A DNA stretch of 64,000 nucleotides from the NCBI GenBank assembly GCA_964620675.1, contig CAZUJU010000001.1, positions 51,576 to 115,575 of the forward strand. The letters run 5' to 3'. This DNA comes from an uncultured Thiotrichales bacterium. GTDB taxonomy: Bacteria > Pseudomonadota > Gammaproteobacteria > UWMA-0217. The position numbers were made by a program, and so were the translations under genes. Positions 21,882 to 30,892 of the stretch are shown piece by piece. Every line of letters starts with the position of its first letter. Positions within the stretch are counted from its first letter, which is position 1. The notes beneath the pieces are model-generated. The model was not told where the DNA came from, ran no database searches, and saw nothing but the letters and a program-made list of their open reading frames with translations.

Positions 21882-22610
21882 ATGACTCAACTGGCTTTAG
21901 TGATCGATCTGAATGTTTGCGTCGGTTGTCACGCCTGCGTAACCAGCTGCAAGGAGTGGAATACCTCCGGCAGCGCCGGACCGCTGACGGATTTCAATCC
22001 CTACGCGGCCGACCCGACCGGTACGTTTTTCAATCGGGTTCAAACCTTCGAGATTGGCGAGTTCCCGCGGACCGAAACGGTGCACTTTCCGAAAAGCTGC
22101 CTGCACTGCGAAGAACCCCCGTGCGTACCGGTATGCCCCACGGGGGCCAGCTATAAGCGCGCCGAGGACGGCATCGTCCTGGTGGATTACGACAAATGCA
22201 TCGGCTGCAAATATTGTTCGTGGGCCTGCCCGTATGGAGTCCGCGAACTCGACGAGCAGCAGAAGGTCATGAAGAAATGCACGCTGTGCGTCGACCGGCT
22301 CTACGACACCTCCTTGCCAGAGCGCGAGCGCAAGCCCGCTTGCGTACTCGCCTGCCCGACCAGCGCGCGGCTCTACGGCGACGTGCATGATCCCGATTCG
22401 GAGGTTTCGTGCGCAATCCGCGACAACGGCGGCTACCAACTGATGCCGGAGTGGGGGACCCATCCCGCTAACCACTATCTGCCGCGACGCAAGACCCAGA
22501 TCCGCATCCATCCCGACGAACTCGTGCGGGCAGACAATCCGCTCAAGAAGGAAGATCTGCGCAAATCGAGCGTCAGCGACAAGCCGACGCTGGACGATGT
22601 GGCCTGGTAA
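21882..22610 (+). CDS. soeB: Four-cluster 4Fe-4S ferredoxin-type subunit (DmsB/PsrB family), SoeB-like.
   Basis: 242 aa with four CxxCxxCxxxCP-type motifs (CVGCHACVTSC, CLHCEEPPCVPVCP, CIGCKYCSWACP, CTLC...CVLACP) and no signal peptide. 16 bp downstream of the large subunit. Confidence 0.65.
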   Translation: MTQLALVIDLNVCVGCHACVTSCKEWNTSGSAGPLTDFNPYAADPTGTFFNRVQTFEIGEFPRTETVHFPKSCLHCEEPPCVPVCPTGASYKRAEDGIVLVDYDKCIGCKYCSWACPYGVRELDEQQKVMKKCTLCVDRLYDTSLPERERKPACVLACPTSARLYGDVHDPDSEVSCAIRDNGGYQLMPEWGTHPANHYLPRRKTQIRIHPDELVRADNPLKKEDLRKSSVSDKPTLDDVAW

Positions 22611-22631
22611 CGCGTACCCCTCGGAGAACTC

Positions 22632-23615
22632 ATGCACCCCGCTCTGTCCGTCATTCTGCTCACGACCCTGATCGGCGCCGGTCAGGGGCTGTTTCTCGCT
22701 CTGTTTACCGCACAGATCTACGCTTGGGATGGCCTGCTGCCCACCCAAAGCGGACCGTCCTTCTACGGACCCGGCAGCCTGCTCGCGTTGATACTCTTGA
22801 TCGCCGGTCTGATCGCATCGTTCTTCCACCTGGGGCGCCCCGAACGCGCTTGGCGCAGCGCGACGCAGTGGCGGACGTCGTGGCTCTCGCGCGAGGTGAT
22901 CGTATTGCCGATCGCGATGCTCCTGATTCTTGGATTTGGCGCAGCGCACTCTCTGGAGCTTGAGCGGCCCCTGTTCACACTGCCAGGCGGCAAACCGGTC
23001 GACCCTACCCTGATCATCGGGGTGCTGGCCATGCTCGCGGTCCTTGCGCTCTATCTGTGTACCGCGATGATCTATGCCAGTCTGAAATTCTTGCAGGAAT
23101 GGCACAGCGCACTCACGGTGATCAACTATCTGCTACTGGGCGTTGCATCGGGCTTTACCCTGGCCGCCGCCCTCACCGGCGCGACCGGTAACGAGCTTGC
23201 CGGCTTCTTCACGGGTTGGGCAATCGTGCTGACGCTGCTCGCAATGATCGCACGGGTCGCCACACTGATTCGAAATCGCGGCCTGCGTTGCAAGTCCACC
23301 CTGCGCACCGCAATCGGCGTGCGCCATCCGCGGATTCAACAAAAGTCGCAGGGCTTTATGAGCGGCTCATTCAACACCCGGGAGTTCTTTCACGGCAAGC
23401 GTCCGGCGTTTCTCAAGGGTATCAAGTGGACGTTCCTCGTTATGGCCTTTGTTCTGCCGGTCGCGTTGCTGATCGCCGCCTACCTCGGTGTCGCCCTACA
23501 ATACCTGCCACTGCTCGCGTTTGCGGTTCAGTACCTCGGCCTGCTCGCTGAGCGTTGGTACTTTTTCGCGGAAGCCAATCATCCGCAGAATCTGTATTAC
23601 CAGGCGATCGCCTGA
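22632..23615 (+). CDS. soeC: NrfD/PsrC/DmsC-family polytopic membrane anchor, SoeC-like.
   Basis: 327 aa, about 8 predicted TM helices, no heme-binding or other Cys motifs. Completes the A-B-C operon. Confidence 0.6.
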   Translation: MHPALSVILLTTLIGAGQGLFLALFTAQIYAWDGLLPTQSGPSFYGPGSLLALILLIAGLIASFFHLGRPERAWRSATQWRTSWLSREVIVLPIAMLLILGFGAAHSLELERPLFTLPGGKPVDPTLIIGVLAMLAVLALYLCTAMIYASLKFLQEWHSALTVINYLLLGVASGFTLAAALTGATGNELAGFFTGWAIVLTLLAMIARVATLIRNRGLRCKSTLRTAIGVRHPRIQQKSQGFMSGSFNTREFFHGKRPAFLKGIKWTFLVMAFVLPVALLIAAYLGVALQYLPLLAFAVQYLGLLAERWYFFAEANHPQNLYYQAIA

Positions 23616-23837
23616 TCCCCCTTGCGGTCACTCGGCGGCGGGCTGCGGCCCTGATCGCTGCAGGCAATGGTCGCGCGGATTCGTCGACATCCCGACCGCT
23701 GTCATCAGCGCAGCCTCGCGCCGCGCCGTGTCCGAGAATATGATTGAGTTCACAGCGACCGAGTCGCAAGCCGGCTATGCTTCTGGTTCGAACCCGCGAG
23801 CAGGCTGCTCAAACCGGAAAACAACCAATAATTCTTC

Positions 23838-25049
23838 ATGCGAACGACTTATCTCAAGCACCTCCTCCCAATCATTGTCGCAGTCCTCGTGGTCGGTCTG
23901 TTCGCGCCCCAACCGCTGGTCGCGGCACCGGCATCGCCACTGGACAGTGTCAGTGGACTGAAGCGTTCGAGCCTGCTCGTGCTCGATCAACACGGCAATG
24001 AAAAATTCTCCGTACGCCCGGATGAATTCATGGTGCCGGCGTCAACGCTGAAGATCATGACGGCGCTGCTCGCACTTGAGCACTGGGGTCGCGACTTTCG
24101 CTTTCATACTGATTTTTATATCGACAAGAAAAAGTTTCTTTGGATCAAGGGATATGGAGATCCGTACCTCATCTCGGAAGAGATTACCCGCATTGCTGCG
24201 CGCTTGAAAAAGGCAGGTGTCAAACGCGTTTCCGGTATCGGCGTCGATGGTTCTTTTTTCGCGAAATCCATCTCGATCGATGGCCGCGACCGTAGCCTCA
24301 GTCCCTATGACGCGCCCGTCGGAGCAGTGTCGGCCAATTTCAATACAGTCTTTTTCATCAATGATCCGGTTAACGGGGTGTCTTCGGCTGAACCGCAAAC
24401 GCCGCTCACACCGGTGGTCCACGAGTTGGTGCAGGAATATTCCGACTTCGGTGAACAACGCTTGAATCTGGGTGATCCGAACCGAGTGCCACGCTACTTC
24501 GCCGAGCTATTGCGGGCCAAACTGGGCGCCATCGGGGTCACCGTCGGGGAGCCGATCAAGCTCGGCGCCGTTCCCAAGGGCAGCAAGCGCGTTTATCGCC
24601 ACTTCAACCGTCATACGCTGCAGGAAATCGTCCGCGGCATGCTCAAGGCATCGAATAATTTTATCGCCAATCAACTGTTTCTGATGCTTGGCGCGCAGAC
24701 TTATGGCGCACCCGCCAACCTTGATAAATCGCAACGCTATGCCGCGGAGCGGATCCGCGCGATTTTCGACTGGGAAGAGTTCGATATGGTTGAAGGCTCG
24801 GGCCTGTCGCGCCGCAACCGATTCACCGCCCGCCAACTCGTGACGCTGCTGCAATACTTCAAACCGTACCGCGACCTGATGCCGTCGAATCAACGCTCGA
24901 TCCTCGCCAAAACCGGCACCCTCACTAACGTCAGTTGCTATGCGGGTTACGTCGAGTCGGGTAAGGACTGGGCACCCTTCGCGTTGCTGATCAATCAGCC
25001 AGTCGAACGCGGATTGCGCTATCGTCTCGCACGCTATTTGGTCGACTAG
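23838..25049 (+). CDS. D-alanyl-D-alanine carboxypeptidase/endopeptidase, PBP4 (peptidase S13) family.
   Basis: Signal peptide, an S-T-L-K active-site motif (PASTLKIMTAL) and S13-family conserved blocks. 403 aa. Confidence 0.7.
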   Translation: MRTTYLKHLLPIIVAVLVVGLFAPQPLVAAPASPLDSVSGLKRSSLLVLDQHGNEKFSVRPDEFMVPASTLKIMTALLALEHWGRDFRFHTDFYIDKKKFLWIKGYGDPYLISEEITRIAARLKKAGVKRVSGIGVDGSFFAKSISIDGRDRSLSPYDAPVGAVSANFNTVFFINDPVNGVSSAEPQTPLTPVVHELVQEYSDFGEQRLNLGDPNRVPRYFAELLRAKLGAIGVTVGEPIKLGAVPKGSKRVYRHFNRHTLQEIVRGMLKASNNFIANQLFLMLGAQTYGAPANLDKSQRYAAERIRAIFDWEEFDMVEGSGLSRRNRFTARQLVTLLQYFKPYRDLMPSNQRSILAKTGTLTNVSCYAGYVESGKDWAPFALLINQPVERGLRYRLARYLVD

Positions 25050-25184
25050 TCCGCATGGCACTTCGCCGCATCTCGAGACTCGCGATTCTCGACCCAACCA
25101 AGCGCCGGCGACTCATCTCGAGCGCGTGTTCTTGATCGCAGCGATTGACCTCTCCTCAACAATCCCGCTACTCTCCCCAGCGCT

Positions 25185-25345
25185 TGTAGGTGCCGTTCCG
25201 GGTTTGCCCGGTTAACGGTTAAACGGGAAGCCGGTGCGCAAATCAATTGTTATCCCGGCACTGCCCCCGCAACGGTAAGCGAGTTCAACTTCGGCACGAT
25301 GCCACTGTGTCCCCCTTTCTGGACATGGGAAGGCGCCGAAGCGAG
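25185..25345 (+). promoter_or_regulatory. Cobalamin (AdoCbl) riboswitch aptamer in the btuB leader. The expression platform continues to about 25460.
   Basis: Conserved cobalamin-riboswitch elements are seen directly: GGTGCC...AAACGGGAAGCCGGTGCGCAAATC...CTGCCCCCGCAACGGTAAGCG...GCCACTG (B12 box)...GGGAAGGCG. A downstream short hairpin plus T6 (about 25394-25416) and a sequesterable AGGAG RBS sit before the btuB ATG. Confidence 0.8.
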
Positions 25346-25460
25346 CCATTCACGGCTCACTCGCGAGTCCGGAGACCGGCCTGCAGCAGGCTGCCGTCCA
25401 TGACTGACGGTTTTTTCATCCAGGTTGTGCGGTGGGCACAACGCTCAGGAGTAACACTTT

Positions 25461-27302
25461 ATGTTCACTAGCTTTATGAGCCGACCCCGGCTCACTGCGA
25501 TCTCTTGCGCAACCGCGCTGGCCGTTTCTTTTCCGATAATCGCCGCCGAAACCACCACGCTCACCCCAGTCCAAGTGACCGCGAATCGCCATGCTCAGTC
25601 GAGCGATGAAATTCTCGCGCCAGTTTTGGTCCTGACACGAGACGATATCGAGCGCTCAACGGCACTCGATGTGCCCGGACTACTCCGCGGTCAACCGGGG
25701 CTGCACGTGGCGACGAGCGGCGGCTTGGGCAAGCAAACCTCGGTGTTCATGCGCGGCGCGAACTCCAACCATGTTCTGATCCTGGTCGACGGTGTCCGCT
25801 ACGGATCGGCCACGGCAGGCGCGGTTTCCTGGGAGCACCTCCCGCTCGCGCTGATCGAACGTATCGAAATTGTGCGTGGCCCGCGTTCGAGTGTTTACGG
25901 ATCCGAGGCAATCGCCGGCGTCATTCAAATCTTCACCCGGGCCAGCGTTACCGAGCCCGGGCTCGACGCGGCCATTGAGGTAGGCTCCAACGACACCCGC
26001 CAGCTCACTGCAGGCATCACGCAGCGCCATGGGGATTCGAGCTATTCGGTACGCGCATCGACACTGCGCAGCGCCGGTATCGATGCCTACGAGGGGGTAG
26101 AGCCCGATCGAGATGGTTACCGCAATGATGCGTTCAACGCCGGGTTCCAGTTCGCGCCGACGACACGGAGCACGGTCGGCGCAACCCTGTTGCATGCCAA
26201 AGGACGCACTGAATTTGACGATACCTTCGGTTCAAGCGCGAACTCCGAGACGCGCTTCGTGGAACAATCGGCGCAAATGACATGGGATCTCGCCGCCACC
26301 CGGCAGTGGTCATTTCAAGCGCGGATCGGGGGTAGCCGCGATGAACTCGACTCCGAAGCAAACGGAGCCGACACCTATAAGAGCCATAGTGACGTCAACG
26401 AGTTCGGGGCTCACGCGCGATATCGCGGTAGGAACGGCTTGGAGGTATTGGCGGGCGCCGATTTGCGGCACGACCGTGTCGAATATCGCGACGCTTTCGG
26501 CGGCGATTCCGAAACGTTCGCGCGCCGCTCGCGAGATAACGGTGGCGTTTTTCTGACCGGCGGATCCCCCTTTGCCAGCGGTGGCTTGGCACAGGCCAGT
26601 CTGCGCTTCGACGACAATGACGCCTACGGCGAACATACCAGCGGTAACCTTGAGCTGGGTTGGGAGCTGCGGCCAGCAACCCGGGTCGCGGTTCGTTTTG
26701 GCCAAGCGTTCAAGGCACCAACCTTTCTCGACCTGTACTATCCCGGCTTCAGCAATCCCGACCTCAAACCGGAACAATCCCGAACCGTCGAATTAGGACT
26801 CAAGCATCGCACCGGCGGGATCAACTTGGAGACGCAAATCTATCGCTCGCGAATCAGCGAGCTGATTCAGCGCGCACAAAATATCGGCGAGGCCGAGATC
26901 AACGGCTTTGAATTGGTGTTGGATAAGACCTGGGGCGACTGGTTGACGGGTCTGCGCTTCAGCCATACCCGAACCGAGGATCTCGACCGCGGCGAACGTC
27001 TGATTCGAAGGCCGGTAAACGTCCTGCGCCTGGAGGCGAGTCGGAGCTGGAACGCATGGCAATTCGACGCCGACGCGACTTACACCGGCGCCAGCAAAGA
27101 TCGTGACTTCAGCGCATTTCCGGCGAGAACGGTCACGCTTTCAGATTTCGTGCTCGTCAACCTGCAGCTTCGAAGGGACTTCGGCGATCGCATCAGAGGC
27201 TTTGTCAAGCTCGCAAACCTGATGGATGAGGACTACCAGACGATCTTTGGGTATCGCAACGACGGCCGCTCCGTGAGTGTGGGTGCGGCACTGCGGTACT
27301 GA
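25461..27302 (+). CDS. btuB: TonB-dependent outer-membrane receptor, BtuB-like vitamin B12 transporter.
   Basis: 613 aa with signal peptide, plug domain (MRGANSNHVLILVDGVRYGS) and beta-barrel. Ends in the aromatic C-terminus ...AALRY. Directly downstream of the cobalamin riboswitch. Confidence 0.8.
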   Translation: MFTSFMSRPRLTAISCATALAVSFPIIAAETTTLTPVQVTANRHAQSSDEILAPVLVLTRDDIERSTALDVPGLLRGQPGLHVATSGGLGKQTSVFMRGANSNHVLILVDGVRYGSATAGAVSWEHLPLALIERIEIVRGPRSSVYGSEAIAGVIQIFTRASVTEPGLDAAIEVGSNDTRQLTAGITQRHGDSSYSVRASTLRSAGIDAYEGVEPDRDGYRNDAFNAGFQFAPTTRSTVGATLLHAKGRTEFDDTFGSSANSETRFVEQSAQMTWDLAATRQWSFQARIGGSRDELDSEANGADTYKSHSDVNEFGAHARYRGRNGLEVLAGADLRHDRVEYRDAFGGDSETFARRSRDNGGVFLTGGSPFASGGLAQASLRFDDNDAYGEHTSGNLELGWELRPATRVAVRFGQAFKAPTFLDLYYPGFSNPDLKPEQSRTVELGLKHRTGGINLETQIYRSRISELIQRAQNIGEAEINGFELVLDKTWGDWLTGLRFSHTRTEDLDRGERLIRRPVNVLRLEASRSWNAWQFDADATYTGASKDRDFSAFPARTVTLSDFVLVNLQLRRDFGDRIRGFVKLANLMDEDYQTIFGYRNDGRSVSVGAALRY

Positions 27303-27348
27303 ACGACAACGACTCGGCAACCGCTTGTCGCGCAGCGACGGCTAACTG

Positions 27349-27380
27349 GTGCGATGGCTGACCCGCGTCAGCCATCGCAC
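27349..27380. terminator. Perfect 13-bp stem hairpin (GTGCGATGGCTGA-cccgcg-TCAGCCATCGCAC) between convergent btuB and a small minus-strand gene; putative bidirectional terminator.
   Basis: Seen directly. A weak T-run (tctttt) begins 10 nt after the stem on the plus strand. Confidence 0.45.
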
Positions 27381-27426
27381 TGCGGACAGGCGTCTTTTCG
27401 CTGCGGTTCGCAGCCGCGTCCGACGT

Positions 27427-27702
27427 CTACCAGTCTTCATTTCCGAATAGATTCGAGCCGAGTACGTCGCGGAAATCCGTGATTTCAACGGTGGGTTCGA
27501 ATAGCTCTTCGACCGAGACGATGCCGAGCTCTTGGGTCAAGCTTGAACGATCAAGGGCAATCTTGCTCCGGACGATACGGGTATCTACCGCTTCGGTTTC
27601 GTCACGCCCGGGCGTCGCGTCTTCGAACGATTCGACGTCGTTGTCCCAAGCCTTGAGCTGTTTGTAGACGTCCCATTGTGACGGTTTGCGGATCTCGTTC
27701 AT
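27427..27702 (-). CDS. Small acidic hypothetical protein (91 aa).
   Basis: ATG at 27702 preceded by a GGAGG RBS. 38 bp downstream of, and co-oriented with, the EEP-family gene. The track start at 27894 would overlap that gene. No recognisable domain. Confidence 0.5.
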   Translation of the reverse strand: MNEIRKPSQWDVYKQLKAWDNDVESFEDATPGRDETEAVDTRIVRSKIALDRSSLTQELGIVSVEELFEPTVEITDFRDVLGSNLFGNEDW

Positions 27703-27740
27703 AAGGGCCTTACCTCCTTGTCTGGTTTTGTTTTCAATCG

Positions 27741-28529
27741 TCAGGCGGCGGTCGTGAGACGCATCGCCATTGGTACATCGACTTCCATGCCGACAGGTAA
27801 ATGGTCCGAATGCCGTACGCCATAGGTCTCGGATTCGGTAATGCGGATTTCGGGCGTCACAAAGATATGATCGAATCCGAGGCGCGGCCGCCAACTCGGA
27901 TAGGTACGTGTCAAATTGACCGGCTTGATCAAGTCTGTGCTCTCGAATAGCTCAACCATTTCCGTGCTACTGATCTCGGAGTTGAAATCCCCCATCAATG
28001 CGACGTGGCGTCGACCGCGAATGATCTCTGCGATGTACTGAAGTTGCCGACGGCGGGCTCGCGCAGACAGCGAGAGATGCGCCAACACGACGACGAGGGG
28101 GTCCGACGGCTCACCGAAGTGAACCTCCAACGCGCCGCGCCCCGGAATTGTACTTGGCAAGCGGTGTTCCGACACCGCAATCGGCTCGATCCGGCTCATG
28201 ATCGCAAGGCTGTGTTGTGCCAACAAGCCTAAATCGCGGTTGACCCGATGGTAGCAGTAGGGAAAGCCTGCTTTTAGAGCGAGATACTCCGGCTGGTGTA
28301 CGAACTCACTGCGAATGCTGCCCGCGTCGAGTTCTTGTAGTCCAACGATATCGAAATCGGTAATGAAATCAGCGATACGATCGAGGTTCGACTGCCGCTG
28401 CGGAAAGGGCAGCACATGCTTCCAACTGTGCGTAAAGTAGTGGCGATACTTCTTGGTCGGAATCCCTACCTGGATATTGTAACTGAGGAGTTTGAGACGC
28501 TGACGGTGAGAATGATCCATTGTCGCCAT
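27741..28529 (-). CDS. Endonuclease/exonuclease/phosphatase (EEP) family protein.
   Basis: 262 aa. N-terminal LKLLSYNIQVG and C-terminal SDHLPV motifs typical of the EEP superfamily. Confidence 0.7.
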   Translation of the reverse strand: MATMDHSHRQRLKLLSYNIQVGIPTKKYRHYFTHSWKHVLPFPQRQSNLDRIADFITDFDIVGLQELDAGSIRSEFVHQPEYLALKAGFPYCYHRVNRDLGLLAQHSLAIMSRIEPIAVSEHRLPSTIPGRGALEVHFGEPSDPLVVVLAHLSLSARARRRQLQYIAEIIRGRRHVALMGDFNSEISSTEMVELFESTDLIKPVNLTRTYPSWRPRLGFDHIFVTPEIRITESETYGVRHSDHLPVGMEVDVPMAMRLTTAA

Positions 28530-28639
28530 GGGTTTGATTGTTGGAAACTGTCCGACGTTCCTTTTATCTAAGGCTACAGTCTAACGGACATCCGTGCCGC
28601 TATCACACTCACATTATTGTTGTAACGTTTTCCGCGGCG

Positions 28640-29299
28640 TCAGCCCGAATTCGAGGCCGCGCGGCGCTCGCGCGCCAGCAGAAAGTCAACGATTTGAAAC
28701 ATCTCTTGGTAGTTTGCAGCACCGCTGTTGATGACGCGGTACTTGCCGGCGACAACGAATGCCGGAACGCCCGTTAAACGAAAATTGTTGGCAAGTTCCA
28801 TTGAGCGGCGCACCTTGGAATCCACGCCCATGGACCGCATCGCGTCGCGAAACGCTGCGCCCTCAACCCCCAAGCCGCTGACCAGCTGGATCACCGCCTC
28901 TTCGCTACCGAGGCGCCGCCCCTGATCGTGAATGACCTGAAAGATCGGTTCGTGCACCTTATCAAGCACACCCAGCGCTTCGGCCGCGTAGTAGGCGCGC
29001 GCGAGTAGCGCCCAGCCGGGATTCAATACGCCGGGCATTCGGACGACACGCACGTCCGATCCGGCTGACTCAAGCCACTGTTTAACATGGGGTTCGATCC
29101 GGTAGCAGTGAGGGCAGCCGTACCAGAAGAACTCGATGACTTCGAGCTTATTGTCGGGTGTCGCGACCGGATTGGTTAATACTTCGAAGTGCGTACCCTC
29201 CTCGAACGCCCGCGTTTGTGCAGGGTTGTCCGCCGCTGTCAGCAGCGGCGCGAGTAGCAGCATCAGAAAGCCCACCGATTTGGTCCAGGTCACGCGCAT
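28640..29299 (-). CDS. dsbA: Thiol:disulfide interchange protein DsbA.
   Basis: Signal peptide then FFWYGCPHCYRIEP active site (CPHC). ATG at 29299 with a GGAG RBS. Confidence 0.85.
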   Translation of the reverse strand: MRVTWTKSVGFLMLLLAPLLTAADNPAQTRAFEEGTHFEVLTNPVATPDNKLEVIEFFWYGCPHCYRIEPHVKQWLESAGSDVRVVRMPGVLNPGWALLARAYYAAEALGVLDKVHEPIFQVIHDQGRRLGSEEAVIQLVSGLGVEGAAFRDAMRSMGVDSKVRRSMELANNFRLTGVPAFVVAGKYRVINSGAANYQEMFQIVDFLLARERRAASNSG

Positions 29300-29532
29300 T
29301 GACGAAGGTCTCCAAGTTGTTCGCGAGATTCGGCAACCGCTTACACGCGCGAAGGACGCGGTGGCGGAGCCGGATAGCAATGGCCAGACAGCCATCTTAT
29401 ATCGGAGTGACGCGCCGCGCTCAAGCAGCGACGAGTGGAGTAGGGGTAAGGAGCGATAATTGGCGCCGCCCTCGCTGACAGCGGGCGCGCAACGCACCGA
29501 CGGCGTTTCGCGCCCGGGGCGGAGGCGAGTAC

Positions 29533-30141
29533 TTACTTTAGCCCGGCGACGTACTGCGAGACCGCGTCGATCTCGGCGTCCGTCAACCGCTGCGCCACCA
29601 TGCGCATCATCATGCCCGCGTCGTTGGCACGCGCGCCGCTGCGGAATTCCTTAAGCTGCAGGGCGGTGTAGGTGGCGTGCTGGCCGGAGAGACGCGGAAA
29701 TTTCGCGGCCGGATTACCAACCCCGTTCGGCGCGTGGCAACCGATACAGGCCGGGATTCCGGTCGCGCTATTGCCGCCGCGATATACGGACTCCCCGAGC
29801 GCCACGGCGGTCTCGTCCGCGGTCCCGGGTTTGATCGGCTGGGCCGCGTAGAAAGCCGCCAGATCGGCCATGTCCTGCTCCGAGAGTCCCGCCGCCTGGG
29901 GGTACATCACGGCATTGTCGCGGACCTTGGATTGGTACTCGCGCAACTGCTTGATCAGGTAAACCTCGCCCTGGCCGGCGAGCTTGGGCCATTCCGGGTT
30001 GGCGCTGTTACCATCAAGGCCATGGCATCCGGCGCAGACAGCCGACTTCTCTTTCCCTGCCACCTTGTCACCTTGAGCCACCGCGGGCAAACTCACCGTA
30101 AGAGTCAACGCCGCAAAGCAAACCCAGAACAGCCTATTCAT
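29533..30141 (-). CDS. cc4: Diheme cytochrome c4.
   Basis: Signal peptide and two CxxCH motifs (CAGCHG, CIGCHA), each followed by a Met ligand region. 202 aa. Adjacent to dsbA and engB as in Pseudomonas. Confidence 0.85.
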   Translation of the reverse strand: MNRLFWVCFAALTLTVSLPAVAQGDKVAGKEKSAVCAGCHGLDGNSANPEWPKLAGQGEVYLIKQLREYQSKVRDNAVMYPQAAGLSEQDMADLAAFYAAQPIKPGTADETAVALGESVYRGGNSATGIPACIGCHAPNGVGNPAAKFPRLSGQHATYTALQLKEFRSGARANDAGMMMRMVAQRLTDAEIDAVSQYVAGLK

Positions 30142-30261
30142 ATTTCAACATCTCCTCAGGAACATGCCAAACCGCGCGCTGCGCGCCGAAACCTGCGGGT
30201 TTATATCATAGTCCCGCCTCGCCAGTAAAAGCCTCCGAACCGAACCCGTCCATCCGCCACG

Positions 30262-30873
30262 ATGCAAAACTTTAACGCCGCCACCTTTCTCCTGAGTTGC
30301 GCGCACTTGCGCCAGCTTCCGCCCGCGACCGGACCTGAAGTTGCTGTCGCCGGGCGATCCAACTCGGGAAAATCGAGCACACTTAATCGCCTCTGTCAGC
30401 GACGGCAACTCGCGCGCGTGAGCAAAACTCCGGGGCGCACCCAACTGATCAACTATTTCGCACTGCCGTCGGGCGCTTACCTGGTTGATCTGCCTGGCTA
30501 CGGATTCGCCAAGGTACCGGAGGCAGTGCGGTTGCAATGGGAACGCTTGATGGAGAGCTATCTTACGCGCCGGGAGTCCCTGCGCGGATTGTTGTTGATT
30601 ATGGATATCCGCCACCCCCTCACACCGCTGGATTTACAGATGCTTGACTGGTGCCGCGCGCGCGCGCTGCCGGTGCACATTCTGCTGAACAAAGCCGACA
30701 AGCTCGGACGCGGTGCGCAACAAGCGACCGTACTAGGTGTTCGGCGCCGACTCGCCGAGATGAGTATGAACATGACCGTGCAGGGGTTTTCCGCCAGCAG
30801 CGGAGCAGGACTGGAAGAAGCAATCGCGATATTGGAAGGGTGGTTGACCCCGGAAGAAAAGTCCCCGGCCTGA
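30262..30873 (+). CDS. engB: Ribosome biogenesis GTPase EngB/YihA.
   Basis: G1 GRSNSGKSS, G3 DLPGYG, G4 NKADK. Confidence 0.85.
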   Translation: MQNFNAATFLLSCAHLRQLPPATGPEVAVAGRSNSGKSSTLNRLCQRRQLARVSKTPGRTQLINYFALPSGAYLVDLPGYGFAKVPEAVRLQWERLMESYLTRRESLRGLLLIMDIRHPLTPLDLQMLDWCRARALPVHILLNKADKLGRGAQQATVLGVRRRLAEMSMNMTVQGFSASSGAGLEEAIAILEGWLTPEEKSPA

Positions 30874-30892
30874 GAAGGCCGGGGTAATTTTG
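30863..30892 (+). terminator. Rho-independent terminator of engB.
   Basis: CCCCGGCC-tgagaa-GGCCGGGG followed by TAATTTTG. The engB stop codon lies in the loop. Confidence 0.7.

Noticed and set aside
21897-23105. 402-aa minus-strand ORF antisense to soeB/soeC, plus other long antisense ORFs (1203-2030 +, 8269-8961 -, 10760-11542 -, 14069-14848 +, 15127-16059 +, 17576-18322 -).
   Set aside because: These are typical shadow ORFs of a high-GC genome. They are Arg/Pro/Ala-rich low-complexity translations with no RBS or domain signatures, and they fully overlap well-supported genes on the opposite strand.
23700-23837. tRNA-like T-loop sequence (GGTTCGAACCC) in the soeC/dacB spacer.
   Set aside because: Flanking bases do not form a T-stem, acceptor stem or anticodon arm. 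Isolated similarity only.
29300-29532. Small ORFs (for example 29460-29654 +) and a GC-rich hairpin between cytochrome c4 and dsbA.
   Set aside because: The ORFs overlap cc4 antisense. The imperfect 13-bp hairpin (GGGCGCGAAACGC...GCGTTGCGCGCCC on the minus strand) may terminate cc4 but lacks a U-tract, so it is not annotated as a feature.
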